Source: Camelus dromedarius (lineage: Eukaryota). From it: DNA of 64,000 nucleotides. Position 1 is the stretch's first letter. Each line of letters starts with the position of its first letter. This document shows, in pieces, positions 49,381 through 62,571 of this stretch. The translations under genes and the position numbers were made by a program. The stretch spans positions 61,258,001-61,322,000 of the forward strand of contig NC_087436.1 in the NCBI RefSeq assembly GCF_036321535.1, written 5' to 3'. Below the pieces are notes generated by a model. The model was given only the letters and a program-made list of their open reading frames with translations. It ran no database searches and was not told where the DNA came from.

Positions 49381-52300
49381 GTTTTTCTTTTATCAATCAG
49401 TTAGGAAGTATTAAGTGTTCAGCTTTAAGTTGGAGTAGACTTAGCAAAATTTGTCAAGGTCTATGGCTTTCTTCCACTGAATGTATTAAAATCGTTACTC
49501 TAAACGGTGGAGCCAACTCCCAAATTTTCTCTGATAACAGGCTATGGTGGTCTCATCGTGAGGCCAAAACCACTCTGTAAATTCAGTGAATTCATTGGTG
49601 AAGAAAATTGGCCCTGTGGTTTTGATAGTGTGTAGAATAAATAGCTGGTTGATTGTCTGCAATATTCATTTTCCAGTGTGTCAGTGAACAATGTGAGAAA
49701 TGTTTTTTGCCTGGCCTTTTCTTTGCGTAATTTTGGAGAGCCTGAAAGCCAGCAGAAGCAGGAAAGACTGAGGGTCATAGATTAGACCCTCATGGGTTAT
49801 GACTTAGTTCTTGGGATCAAATTGCTGTCTCTTGCAAATGTGATTTTGGCCTCCTGCACATTGATCTTACACCAGCTAATAAACTTGGTTTAACAAATCA
49901 TTGATCATTGAACAAGAGTGTGTGACTCTACCTAAAAGTGAACTCCCTGTTGATTGTTTTAGTCCAAAACTCAATCATGAGGTTTTAAATCCTGAGATTT
50001 GTGTAAGAATCATCTGAACAACTTGTAAAATTAAAATTACAGGTCTCCATTCAAAAATTTTGAAACACTGTTATAGAGCCTAAGAAATCATTTTTAGCAA
50101 GAATGTCAGTTGATTCCGATACTTGCTAACCTAGAGGCCACATTTTAAGAAATGAAAATTTGAGAAACACTGAACTAAGTCAGAGAACTTAGATTAGCCA
50201 GGAAATGGTCAAAATCTTGTTGTGAATTCTAAGCAGCCCTCAAAAAATATCTGTATTGTCATGTAATTTGTTCAATATCCTATACAAAGGGCTTGGAAAA
50301 CAGTCTGCATAGTAAAAACACAATGAGCTTTCCAAGGCTTGACTGCTGGAGACTGCTGTAAATTTTCTAAATAATCTGTACAACGGTTTTAGGCATTTCT
50401 TCTAGTTAATATTGAGGGCTTTCCACCCACTCCATTTACTAGTGCCCTTCAGGATTGTAGAAAAGAACAGTTGGCCCTCAATGAGGACAATGGAAAGCAA
50501 GTTGAATGAATTCCAAAATGGCATATTTTACTTGAAAAACATGCATTATGCTCTTTTCCAAGTAAACTGCACAGAAAAATGTAAATGAAGCATAAAGCTC
50601 TTATGAATTAGGCCCTAAGCGTTTTTCTTTTTAGCATATAAACTGCCACTAAGGATGTGATAGGAATGCATTTTCTACTATTTTTCAAACTGTAATTACG
50701 TTTCCCTAGTAAAACTCAAATACTTGATATGGTCCTGTTGCAACTGTACCAGACAGGTAATAATTGGAAAATTTAACGCAGAGCTTTATCTCTTAAATGC
50801 TAAAAGGTACGGCTACTCACAGCATACAGAAGAGTTGGCATTAAATATAAAAACTGTGAACCTGGTGTTTCTCTATGATGTTAATTTTGCATCTGGAAAT
50901 ATGTTCCAAAGCTGTAGCACCCTTTTAAATATAAAAGAATAAAAAGACAATTCCTTCCCCAACTTTTACCTAAAAGAACCTATAATCTCCATCTGCCATT
51001 CAGTGGTTCCATTTTTTTTTTTCACATTTACTGTATTTCAGGTTGGAATGTGATGCATGTAAGTCTCAGCAGTAAATTAACTTATTTAAGAAGCAAGAGA
51101 ATAAAATGAAGCAAAAAAGAGGAAAATTCTCTGAAGAGCAGTGTTCAATTGTGTATCTAAAGACCATCAGAAATGGGCACACAATAAAACTCGTACAGTG
51201 AATTAAAGAGATTTGAGCAATGCTCTTCCTATCCATCACTATGGTAGACTTTGTTAGCCAACATTATTTTTTTATTACTGTCTTTTTTCAAAATTCAGCA
51301 ATTCTGTGACTTATACTACATTAAAGATGTGAGAACCTACACAGATAATGAAAGGCTCCCCAAGTCTTCCATATGAATTGATAATACTATTTTTGCAGAC
51401 AACGCAAATTAGTTTCCACATGGGCACATCATATGCAATTTGTATGGAAAAACCATAGAGTCACAAATTTAGGACAAAGCACATCATTGTCTGGAATGTG
51501 ATCTTACATTTTAAGATGCTTAGAAAAGCAAAATCTCTGAAATAATTTCTGATAAGATCTTTCATGAAATCTTCATCCTGACTTTGCATTTTCACTTGGG
51601 AAATCTTTGATTTTTTTCCTAGTGCATGTGAAACGAAAATCTACAGCCCTTTGACAATGGTTCATCTGTACTTGAATTTTTTATGGATTTCATTCAGAAG
51701 TGATGCAACTCATTTTTGTGTCTGTCAAAAGAAATATTAATTTATTTCCGCATGCCACTTTTCATGTCTCATTACTGTGCACATCTGATTTCAAAGGACT
51801 TGCTACAGGACAACTTTGTAACTGTGAATTAAAGTTATGATTTCTGAAAGCATTTATCAACTTTGGATGCATAAAAACTAAACTAAGTATAACTGAAAAC
51901 AGTACAACTTTAAACCTCTAATTAGTAGTTGCAGTCAATATTCTCCAGTAAGTCAGAGTGGAAATCATCTCATAAGTGTAAATATGTAGCTTTTGACAGT
52001 CGGGGAGGCAAGAGAGTATAAAGATCAATAGCTCAGAGTTTGGAATTAGACAAGGGTTTCAGATCTCTGCGTTAACATTTACCACTAGTCCTGACCTTAA
52101 GCTTGTGCTCTTTGAGCTCAGGTTCCCTCATGTATAAAATGGATAAGATAGTAGTTATAATATTTAGGATGTGCTAACTGTTGTATCCCAAATGTATAGT
52201 GGTTCAAACACAATAGAAATTTGATTTTTATTCACTAATGGTAGTTGATAGTGACCAAGGAGCCTCTTCTCCAGTTAGTCATTCAGAGACCCAGGCTGGC

Positions 52301-52743
52301 AGCAGTTCTACTGTTTTAATCTCTTTAGGAAAAAAGAAAAAAATTGAGAAATAAATGATCTCTCCATCATTTAATCTATCAGAGAATAAAAGAAATCTTA
52401 GAATTGGAAAGTACTTTAGAAACCATGTAACCAACTTCCTATGAATGGATTTTTGCTTGAATAGTTTAAGTAAAAAGGAGGCAGTGCATTTTCTTATTGT
52501 GTCTTGAGTCCCTGAAAAATTTTATTGCAGGCAAAAAATTTGTATCCTCCAGCTGTCCCATCCTGCCCACTAGTATTTGCTTTGACCTCAGACATTTTTA
52601 CTCATTAATTCACTCAACTGATGTTTATTGAGTGCCTAAGGTACATCTGAGATAGTATGCTGGGCTCTGGATATTCAAAATCAAATGTATACTCCTTACC
52701 TTGAAATACTTGAAACATTCTACCCTTCATAAAGCATGAACTT

Positions 52744-52851
52744 GTGCTCGCTTTGGTAGCACTATACTAAAATTGGAACGATACAGGGAAGATTAGCATG
52801 GGCCCTATGCAAGAATGACACACAAATTTGTGAAGCGTTCCATATTTTTTT
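52744..52851 (+). pseudogene. RNU6-like: Full-length U6 snRNA retro-pseudogene (5' part of a chimera)
   Basis: gtgctcgctttggtagcac-tatactaaaattggaacgatacagggaagattagcatgggccctatgcaagaatgacacacaaatttgtgaagcgttccatattttttt matches U6 with about 9 differences, including in the ACAGAGA box (acaggga). No PSE/TATA was recognised upstream. Confidence 0.97.
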
Positions 52852-52942
52852 ATTCTAATCTGAACACCCAACCTCCACACCTTGTGACCTTTCTCTTGTA
52901 GCTTTAAATAAATCTACCTTTACTCAAAAAAAAAAAAAAAAA
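52852..52942 (+). mobile_element. ERV LTR R-region fragment plus polyA, fused to U6
   Basis: Near-identical to ~4501-4585 of the solo LTR in this window. AATAAA at 52907-52912 and A17 at 52926-52942. Confidence 0.9.
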
Positions 52943-53306
52943 TAGGCAGGAACTTGTGTCTTAGCCCTTATTGTTTCCCTAGCCCCTAGCATAGTGCAGG
53001 CACTTAGGAAGTGCTCCCTCCATAGTTGTTGAATAAGTAGGTATCATGGTGGAGACAGAAAAGGAAAACAGGCAATGTCAGAATAGTGAAATGTATAATA
53101 TTAAGGAGGCAATGACTGGGCTCTGAGGGAGCAGCCAGGAAGGGCACCTAACCCATCTGGGCACTGCAGTTAGGAGGAGGTGATATTTGAGCTAAGTAGT
53201 GAAGAATGTGAGAATTTACCATGTTATAGAATGAGGGAGGGAAGTTTCTAGAAGAGAAAAATAGCATGTTTGAGGCCTAGAGTTGAGAGGACTTGTCAGA
53301 GTGTGA

Positions 53307-53757
53307 TGTAACAGGTTGAACAGTGTCCACCAAAAATTTACACCCCCTCCCCAGGAACATAAAAATGTGAACTTTTTTGAAAATAGTCTGTTTGGAGATG
53401 TAATTAGTTGTTACAATGAACCCAGATGGTCTTAGGGTGGGCCCTAAACCACTGAGTGATGTCCTTGTAAGAAAGCCATTTGAAGATGCACAGACAAACA
53501 CCGAAGGAAGACAGCCTTGTGAAGACAGAGGCAGAGTTGGAATTATGGTGCCACAAGCTAAGGAACTCTTAAGGGTTGCTGGGAGCCCAGATGTCAGAAG
53601 AGGCAAGGATGGGTTCTTTTCTAGAGCCTTCAGAGGGAGCATGGCCCTGTTGACACCTTGAGTTCTGGCCTCCAGAACTGTGAGAGCATACATTTCTATT
53701 GGCTGAAGCAGCCCAGTTCGTGATAATTTGTTACGGCGGCCCTAGGAAACGAATACA
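53307..53757 (+). mobile_element. MLT1B/C-type MaLR solo LTR
   Basis: tgtaacaggttgaacagtgtcc...ctagagccttcagagggagcatggccctg...ctccagaactgtgag...ggaaacgaataca. Confidence 0.9.
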
Positions 53758-55275
53758 GATAGTGTTATCAATGTACAGTCAATGGAGAATTGGGAAGAAG
53801 GGGTTAGCAATCAGAAATGCTGTCCTATGAGGCTCATCATTGATATAAATATAGTAGGAACTTTTGAAAACTGATTTACCAGATGAACCAGAACTCTCTG
53901 TGCCCTCTGTATAAGATGCTTGACTGGACACTTCTAGTTAGTAGGTTACTCTCTAGTTTGCCCAGGTCCTTCTGCTCTCAGAAGTTGAGCTATATACTTA
54001 GCAAATCTATTGTTCCCAAAACTACTTCTGTCTATTGTACTTGTAATTATGCAATATTATTAAAATATGTTATATATCTTATGGGTAAATTATGAGAGTT
54101 ATTTCTTTGAAAAATGATGATATGTTTTGGAAAAACTGGAGTATGATTAAAACATTGTAAAAATCAAGAAGACTTATGCAGTCAGAGTGCTTTTCAAGTG
54201 TCTTAATGTTTTGCATGTTAAAGATACCAAAGCTACAAATTGTAAAGGATGCATTTTAGGAGTGGTTTATACAAAAAGAACTTTGAGGAAGTTCAGGCAG
54301 TGGCAATGTATACATGCATGTTTGGAGTTTAAGTAAAATACCTAAGGTATGTATTTTTAAATGGCTTTCTGCTTGAACCAACTTTTATACTTAATTTTCC
54401 TGATTGCATTGATTAGGAAAGTTTCTTTTGTACTTTGGTAAAGTGACTGAGTAGGAATGTTAGCAGGTACTGTCTTCAGGATTAATGAGAACTTTCTTTC
54501 AGTCACACTGAATGGGGAGCAAATTTCCTTCTTACCTGGCAAGTGGCTGTTTTAAGAACTGGGATTTGGATTCCCAGCATTCTGAAGTGGGCCTGATGTT
54601 CCCTATATAAACAGCATAATAAATGGTGTCTTGTTTTTCAGCCCTGGGAATTGATTTAACCCAAGGTCATAGAGCCAGAAATGCAAACAGTTTCTTCCTT
54701 TTTTTTCCTTTATCATGTTCTTTATAACATGCCTCACCAACACAAAGGAAATACTTTGCCAGTCACTTTTTAGTGAAAACAGTATTTTCTTTTTCTTTTT
54801 CTTTTCTCTTCATTTTCTTCCTCCTTTTACTTCTTTAAAATACATGTTTCAGGATCTCATCCCTAGTTTACATACAATCTTTTGGAACACCACACATTTG
54901 CAAGTTGGAATAGTCTTCTATGTTTACTTTTTGTTTTTAGCATATTTAAGTTTCAAACTATATTTTGTTTGTATAAACATTAGTATTTAATGATGATGAT
55001 GAACATAAATCAGTTGATTATTGGGCATGTGGTCTAGAAATAGGAAATAGGTCAAATGATAGGGGAATTTAGCCTGGGTTTGAACTTTAGTCATGAATTC
55101 AACAATGAATAACTACAAAGTTATTAATCAGTCAGCAAATATTATTTAAATGTCTAATTTGCCAGGTACTGTACTAAGTGCTGACATATGATCAGTATGA
55201 AGATGAAAGACTGTCAGGTTCTGGAGATTCTATATCAGCATGATCTCTGTTTTCTGGGATCAAAACTAAGATTGC

Positions 55276-56663
55276 TAAGAGAAGACACTATAAACCTCTT
55301 AGAAGAAAATATAGGCAAAACATTCTCTGACATAAATCTCAGCAATGTTCTCCTAGGGTAATCTACCCAAGCAACAGAAGTAAAAGCAAAAATGAACAAA
55401 TGGGACCTAATTAAACTTAGTAAGCTTTTGCACAGCAAAGGAAACCATAAGAAAAGCAAAACGACAACCTACGGAATGGGAGAAAATATTTGCAAAAGAT
55501 GAGACTGACAGGGCTCAATCTCTAGAATATATAAACAGCTCATACAGCTTAACAAGAAAAAAAAAAAAACAAACAACCCAAACCAGAAATGGGCAGAAGA
55601 CCTAAACAAGCAATTCTCCAGTGAAGATGTATGAAGGGCCAACAGGCACATGAAAAAATGCTCAGTACCACTAATTATCGGAGAAATGCAAATCAGAACT
55701 ACAATGAGGTATCACCTCACAGCAGTCTGAATGGCCATCATTCAAAAGTCCCCAAACAATAAACGCTGGAGAGGCTGTGGAGAAAAGGGAGCCCTCCTAC
55801 ACTGTTGGGAATGTAGTTTGGTGCAGCCGTTATGGAAAACAGTATGGAGATTCCTCAAAAAACTGAAAAATAGACTTACCTTATGATCCAGCAATCCCAA
55901 TTCTGGGCATATATCCAGAGAGAACCTTAATTCAAAAAGACGCATACACCCCAATGTTCATAGCAGCATAATTTACAATAGCCAAGACATGGAGGCAACC
56001 TAAATGTCCATTGACAGATGACTGGATAGAGAAGTTGTGGTATATATATACAATGGAATACTACTCAGCCATAAAATAATAAAATAATGCTATTTGCAGC
56101 AACAAGAATGAACCTGGAGAATGTTCTTCTAAGTGAAGTAAGCCAGAAAGAGAAGGGAAAGTACCATATGATAACATTTGTATGTGGACTCTAAAAAAAA
56201 GACAAATGAACTTATTTTCAAAACAGAAACAGACTCATAGACATAGAAAACAAACTTAAGGTTACCAGTGAGGGAAGGGATAAATTAGGAGTTTTCTGCT
56301 TGACCCAACTTTTATATTTAATTTTTCTGATTGCATTGAATAAGGAAGTTTCTGTTGTAATTTGGTAAAGTGACTTGGTAGGAACTTAGCAGGTACTGGT
56401 TTCAGGGTTAACAAGAGCTTTCTTTCAGTCACACTGAATGGGGATACTAACTAATATACACAAAATAGATAAACAATTTCATACTGTGTAGCACAGGGAA
56501 CTATATTCAGTATCTTGTAGTAACCTATGGTGAAAAAGAATATGAAAACGAATATATGTATGTTTCTGTATGAGTGAAGTATTGTGCTGTACACCAGAAA
56601 CTGACACAACATTGTTAACTGACTAAATTTCAATAAAAACAAAACAAAACAAAACAACTCCAA
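55276..56663 (+). mobile_element. Young 5'-truncated L1 (ORF2 end, 3' UTR, A-rich tail)
   Basis: Sense ORF2 C-terminal motifs and aataaa at ~56632. TSD aaaactaagattgc (55262-55275) / aaaactgagattgc (56664-56677). Confidence 0.95.
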
Positions 56664-57304
56664 AAAACTGAGATTGCCAGAGGCAGTAGCTGTAAGCCTT
56701 AAAACCCTGCTGGAAAAAAAAAAACAAAACCCAAAAAACCCTGCTGGAATATTTAAATGCTACAGGAGGTGGCATTCTCCACATAAATGCTATCAGAAGG
56801 AGAGAGTGTGCTAACATTTAGGTCCCAAGATTTAAGAAGGCACTTTCCATGTTTAAAATCCCCAGTTAACTATTCAGGAACTTACAAAGTGCTTAGCATA
56901 ATACTCCCTTTGAGTTAGTGTGGTGTGTTGTAAAAAAACACTATAGAGAGAAAAAGAAGACAGTTTCCAGTCTTGGCTCTGATAGTAACAAGCTCTGTGA
57001 CCTTCGGCAGTTCAGTTTGATTCTTGGGTCCCCATATCCTCCTTGGTAATGATTGGATGCGGTGATGTCTACAATCTCTTCCTGTTACAAAGTTTTCATT
57101 TATTGTATAATTTCAAGGCTGTTTGAAGGACCTAGAAAATCCTTTATAGAATTTTTGAACTACTTCATACTTTCACCACACAGCATGATATTTGAAAGAA
57201 TAGTTTTTGTCGCAGAGACAGTATATAATCTAATCTGCCTTCTTTCACCCCATTAGTGCTCCTATTGGAGGGAGGAGGCAACAAGAGGCCAGTATCTGCT
57301 TGCT

Positions 57305-57835
57305 GACTTGAGGAATAGTTGAAGGAATTAGAAATGTTTAGCCTGGACTAGCATGACCTTCGGAGAAATAAAAGCCAATGTGAAGTATTTGAATGGGTGT
57401 CATCAAATGTAGGTACTTGTTACACAAAGACACATGCTTTTTGTCCTCCAGAAACTCACTTGGTTGAAGAGATAGACACACCAAAAACATGTGATAAGTC
57501 CTAACGTCGAGACAGAAAGGGCTGGCTATTAGAAGATCCTGGTAGAGATAAAATGGAAGTACAAAGGGAAGAGTGAGTTTTAGTCTTTCCCCAGATAGCA
57601 GAATAATAATATGTTGGTGAAAGGAACAGAGGACAGGTTTGGCTCAAGTATAAGGAAAGGCTTTCTAATAATAATTAGAGCAGTTCACCAGTGGATGGTG
57701 CATCCTAGGAAGAAGTGGAAGACTCTGCTTTGCACTAAACCAAAAGATTCTGGACACATCTATTGGACACCTCTACCTGATTGGGGGTGGTGGTTAGGTA
57801 ATCTCTAACTTGCCTTTGCCACTCAGACTTTGTGA
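57305..57835 (+). mobile_element. L3/CR1 3' fragments
   Basis: gaatagttgaaggaattagaaatgtttagcctgga...gtatttgaatgggtgtca and ggctcaagtataaggaaaggctttctaata...ttagagcagttcacc. Confidence 0.6.
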
Positions 57836-57922
57836 GACCCTCTCAATTAAGCAAACAGATTTCTTTCATTGGAGTCATCTTGTAGGAAACCACAGGGCAG
57901 ATTTCATGTTATCACATGAAAA

Positions 57923-57925
<3 letters not shown>

Positions 57926-57958
<33 letters not shown>
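57926..57958. repeat. (CAG)11 trinucleotide repeat
   Basis: Visible directly, flanked by CAA units. Confidence 0.95.
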
Positions 57959-57963
<5 letters not shown>

Positions 57964-60029
57964 ATAGAAAAAGGAGATTGTTCTGATGAAAACGAGAGTG
58001 ATTATTTCCATTACCATTGCTATCTTCTCCATTAAATAACTCTTATTATCCATAGAAAGAATGCATGACCCCAAACCAGGACAATGGATACATAGAAAAG
58101 TCCAAGAAAGCCTCATTCCTTAGCAAGTAGTGGACTCCATGGCTTCTGAAATGAGGGATGCTGGAATGCAGCTTGCGTAGAAGGTGGCTGTGATAGGTTT
58201 TACTCCAAAGTGCTAAGCTCGGTAAGCTAAGATTTCCCGAGCCTGTTGCCTTTAAGCTGCATGACTCACCCGAAAATTCACAAAACAAAAATGTGACCAC
58301 CATGGATTATGCTGCCATTGCTGTTAACATGCTGGCAATGATTGTAACAGGACTTGCCAAGCACACATTGACCCTGTGAGTCACATTGGTTCCTATGGAG
58401 ATTAACACCATCAACGGTGAGAACAACAGCCCAGAAGTGCGATCGGTGTTAGACAGGGAGGAGAAAAATGACAATATGATCCTCCAGAAATGCAGCAATT
58501 GGAATGAAAAAGGAGCATAGGGTGGCGCAGCTCAGGAGAGAAAATGACCCGTAATGGCATTGCAATCTACTTCTCTAGCTCTTCCTGAAAATGGCTGGGG
58601 AAAAAGTGTGGTTCCTGGCAGATAGGCTATAATCTACTTTTATTTATCTGACCATTTCCAGCAAGTTCTCTTCTCATTCCAGATAGCTTCTCTCTTCAAA
58701 GGAGTCTGTCCAAGGTGACCTCACCACACACCAAATGGTCCTGATGCTGAAACTACACGTCTGATTAACATGTTGGGATCCATGGGTGGGAAGGACATGG
58801 ATTACTTAGATGTATCTTGGTAGGTTTTAGTTTTCACTCTGAATAAAAAGACTTTTACTTCTATTCAAAGAAAACCATGACCTGAATTTTACAATTTAAA
58901 TGTTTCATCTATCTTAATAGAATAGTTGGGTTACTGAGAGTTAAGAGTCTGTTTTTTCCCTTGGAAGTTGTGGGGAGGGTATGTGCTGGGAAGACCTCCA
59001 GCCTCTCCTGTCCTTTGTAACCAGTTCTGTCTGGGCACCACCACAAGCAGCTTTGTACACAGGCTTACCCTGCTGGTGTCTGAGTCTCCAGCCTCTTTCC
59101 TAGGAATAAAGAGAAGGGAGAAGTCTGGAAACATATACATTTTCCAAATTCAAGATATGTGACTCATGCCCAGCTCAGATTAATCAGGGTGTATAAGGTG
59201 AGCTGTATTTTTTCCTGTTTTTCTCATATCAGCAGTTGTAGAAAATGCCTGTTAGTTGCTGAATGATCAAACAGATGTAAGAAGAGTAACTGGTTTCAAG
59301 CAAAATCAGATTAAATTGCATCAAAAGTAACCAAGCTGAAATGACAACATGTCACCCTGGAAAAGAAAGATGAAGGTTTTCAAAGAAATGACAAAGCATT
59401 TTTGGAGAAAATTAGTGTTACTAAGATAGTTGGAGATGGAAAAACGTACCGCTATTCTCCAAATGTTGGTTGATGATGACTATTCTGTTTAGTAGGGGAT
59501 GTAACTTGGTATACAGGAAAGTGCACTGGGCTGTGCATGATTACAGAATCAGCTGACCACTGACTGTTAGTAGAGTCTTAAGCAAGTCTCCTAAGTTCAC
59601 TGGGCCTCAGTTTACTAATCTATAAAGTAAAGAGTTTGTAACCACATAACTTCAAGGAACTGAACACAGTCTCTGACATAAAGTAAAACAATAAATGCTA
59701 GTGATTAGGATAATGATGATTTTGACAATGGCAACAATGATAATGGTGATGATGAAGATGATATTGATGTAATGATCATGACTATCAAGGGGTCTTTCCC
59801 CTTAGTTCCAAATTCTATGATTCTGAAAAGAGAACTTTATTTGTTATAAAAGTGATTTTCAAGAAGTTGTTTTTTGTAAAGGTTCTGCTTTATAGGAAGC
59901 TCAGAGAGTTGTATTTTTCAGTAATTTAAAATCAGTCTTATGCTCTAGGAACATGCTTTTCAAAGTCTTTTGTCCTCTGACCTTCCTAAATGGGTGTCCA
60001 TTCTCACTGTACTACATTGTGTATATCAG

Positions 60030-60285
60030 AGAAGCAGCCTAACATAGTGCTTACCAGCTCAAGATCATGGTAATATTCCTGCTCTGCCACCTACCAGCTA
60101 CGTGACTTTGGGCAAGTTACTGAACCTCTCGGTTTCAGTTTCCTCACCTGTAAAATGGGATGGTAATAGTCATATTTCATAGGGTGTTTGTGAGATGACA
60201 TGTATTAATACACATTAAGTACCTAGATAGTACTTACCTGAGTAAATACACAGAGTACACATTCAATAACTATCAGATATTATTA
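60030..60285 (+). mobile_element. MIR SINE
   Basis: gctctgccacctaccagctacgtgactttgggcaagttactgaacctctcggtttcagtttcctcacctgtaaaatggg. Confidence 0.9.
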
Positions 60286-61388
60286 TAATTCTTTCTGAAA
60301 AATTAAGGATATAAGGAAGATACTGCATTTCAATCTTTTTCATTTATAAATTAACTTGTTGTGAAACTTTCCAGAGAATACCTTTAATTTATGGTACGTT
60401 TGTACTTGTCAACTCAGCTTTGGGTTTTGTTCTCAAATCTTCCTTGAAAAAGGCAAGTGCGTGTGAATGTGTGTGTGTGTAAGGAGGAAAAAGCCTCTGC
60501 GGGTGAATGCTGATGCCATGTATCTTCCCACAAGATGGCGCAGCTCTCCTGCCATTGTAACGTTCAGCAGCTACCCAGAGGGAGGCAGGGAATTTTGATC
60601 AGCATCCAAAGAATCACCTCATCTCTCCCTGCAGAGAGCACAAGACTTCTTGTTCTGTCAAGTACATGTTGCTGGTTCTTGCTTTTGATTTCATAGGAAC
60701 TACAAAAAAGCTAAAGCTACTTTAGCTTTTAATTTTTTCCCCAGTATTTTATTCCAGTCTAAATTTGACCTTTCAAGAACATGTTTTGTTGGTGGCTCCT
60801 TGTATCTGAAGGATGGGATTAGAATGAGAAGATAGAATCTGTCTCTTGTGTCTCTAGATCGACTATGGGAAACAGACAATTAACAAACAGACACCACAGA
60901 AAACAGGAGGTAGAGTATTGGTGGGACTGCCTTTGAACACAGTATTACGGAGGTGAATTTTGTCCTGCCCCTTCCCTCTGTTGCAGCCTCTTTTCTATGA
61001 CCTTTAGGTACCGCTGGACCTGTGCTGCTGGGACCTCGGGACCTTGATGCTCACGCCTCATTCATATCCACCCTTCCCGGCTCCTTACTGTTCCCTCATC
61101 AAAGCTTAACTCTTAAGAGACTCATCCCCTCAGGGCCCTTCCAGTTTAATGAAACTCATCTGTTAAAATAATCCAGTCTCCTAATGGATTATTGTGCAGT
61201 GATACTTTCCTGACAAAGAAACACATTTATTTTTTATTCAAAGTACTCATAATCCTAGAAATTGAGAGATGGGGCTCTCTGTGTAGACTCTCTTAACAGT
61301 GTAGACTCTGTTAACTTTTTCTAATGGGCTATATTATTTTTGCAAGAACTCTGCATTTTAGAAAAATTATTTATAGAACTAATGAACT

Positions 61389-61605
61389 TATTTGAAAGCT
61401 GTTAAGAGAGTAGGTCTTAAAGGTTTTTATCACAAGAAAAAGAAATTTGTAACTATGTGAAATGTAACATCCAGTGATGGATGTTAACTACACTTTTTGT
61501 GGCAATCATTTCACAGTATATGCATATATTGAATCCTTATGTTGTGCGCTTAAAACTTACACAATGTTATATGTCAATTATATCTTAATAAAACTGGGGA
61601 GGAAT
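61389..61605 (+). mobile_element. Short L1M (L1MA/MB-like) 3' end
   Basis: acaatgttatatgtcaattatatcttaataaaactgggg terminus. TSD agaactaatgaact (61375-61388) / aaaactaatgaact (61606-61619). Confidence 0.85.
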
Positions 61606-62571
61606 AAAACTAATGAACTAAATTAACTTGATCTTATATATGTATCACATATGTATCATATGTGTTTGTGTGTTAGAGGCTTCTCAGATTGTGTAAAATT
61701 GCCCCTAAGGTGAAGAGACTAATGTGATGCTAATGGAAATCAAATGACCAAGCTCAGCTTTCTGTTAAGAGCTGGTCTTGGCTCCTTCCTTGCCAGACCT
61801 AGCCAGACCTAGCTGGCATTACTCGCTATTTTCCCCTCCTGTGCCATGTGAAATCTGTGCCCTGAGCCTGCTGGCAGCTTCTAAATCTCTTTATTCCAAA
61901 TTTGGCACAACTCTCCTTCATCTGTGACTTTGGAGTCTTCTTATGTATTCCCCGTGATTTAGGCTGGAGATGGGAACTATTTCATTAACTTAACTAGTTC
62001 CCATAATAAAGAAACTTTTTACCCCTAAAGAATCTGAATGACACACCCCTTACACAAATAAATTGTTCATTTATCATTTTGAAGACTATTTTGAAGTCAA
62101 GGTTATTGTATGTTGCCCTCTTGTAGCAGAGCAGAGTGACTTGTATTACTCATTTTCATATGTTCAGCCTTCCAATCTAGTCACTCCAAACTATCACACT
62201 GATCTGTTAGAAATATCAATTAGGTAATTTCATGACTATGGTTAAAACTCTTTGTAGACTTCCTGTTCTCTGTCCCTGACATCTTTATACATTTGCTTCA
62301 GGGCACTAATAACAGTCTATAATAATATCACTTACTCATTAGTTTACTTGTTTATTTTATATCTTCTCACCTAGAATGGAGGCTCCATGAACCTTGCTGA
62401 TCTTGTTCTCCTTTGTATCCCCATGAGCTAACAGAGGGTTACATGTAGGAGACACTCCATAAATAATTGTGGAGCAAATATAGTTCTTTAATGGTTAGCC
62501 ACTTTTCGTGACCTAGAGCTACCAAAGTACATAGCCAAAGAAGATAAAGTGATGATAATGGGGGGGGGGTC

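Noticed and set aside
52744..52851. Functional U6 gene
   Set aside because: The ACAGAGA box is mutated, no PSE/TATA was recognised, and the polyA and TSD indicate retroposition.
57904..58116. Poly-Cys, poly-Gln or poly-Ala reading frames
   Set aside because: These are translations of the CAG/CTG microsatellite in short frames with no supporting exon structure.
60706..60730. 11-bp perfect inverted repeat (aaaagctaaag-cta-ctttagctttt)
   Set aside because: Too short and AT-rich to support a miRNA or MITE call.
61281..61315. Small tandem duplications here and at ~42551, ~47776 and ~61792
   Set aside because: Ordinary slippage-type duplications with no further structure.
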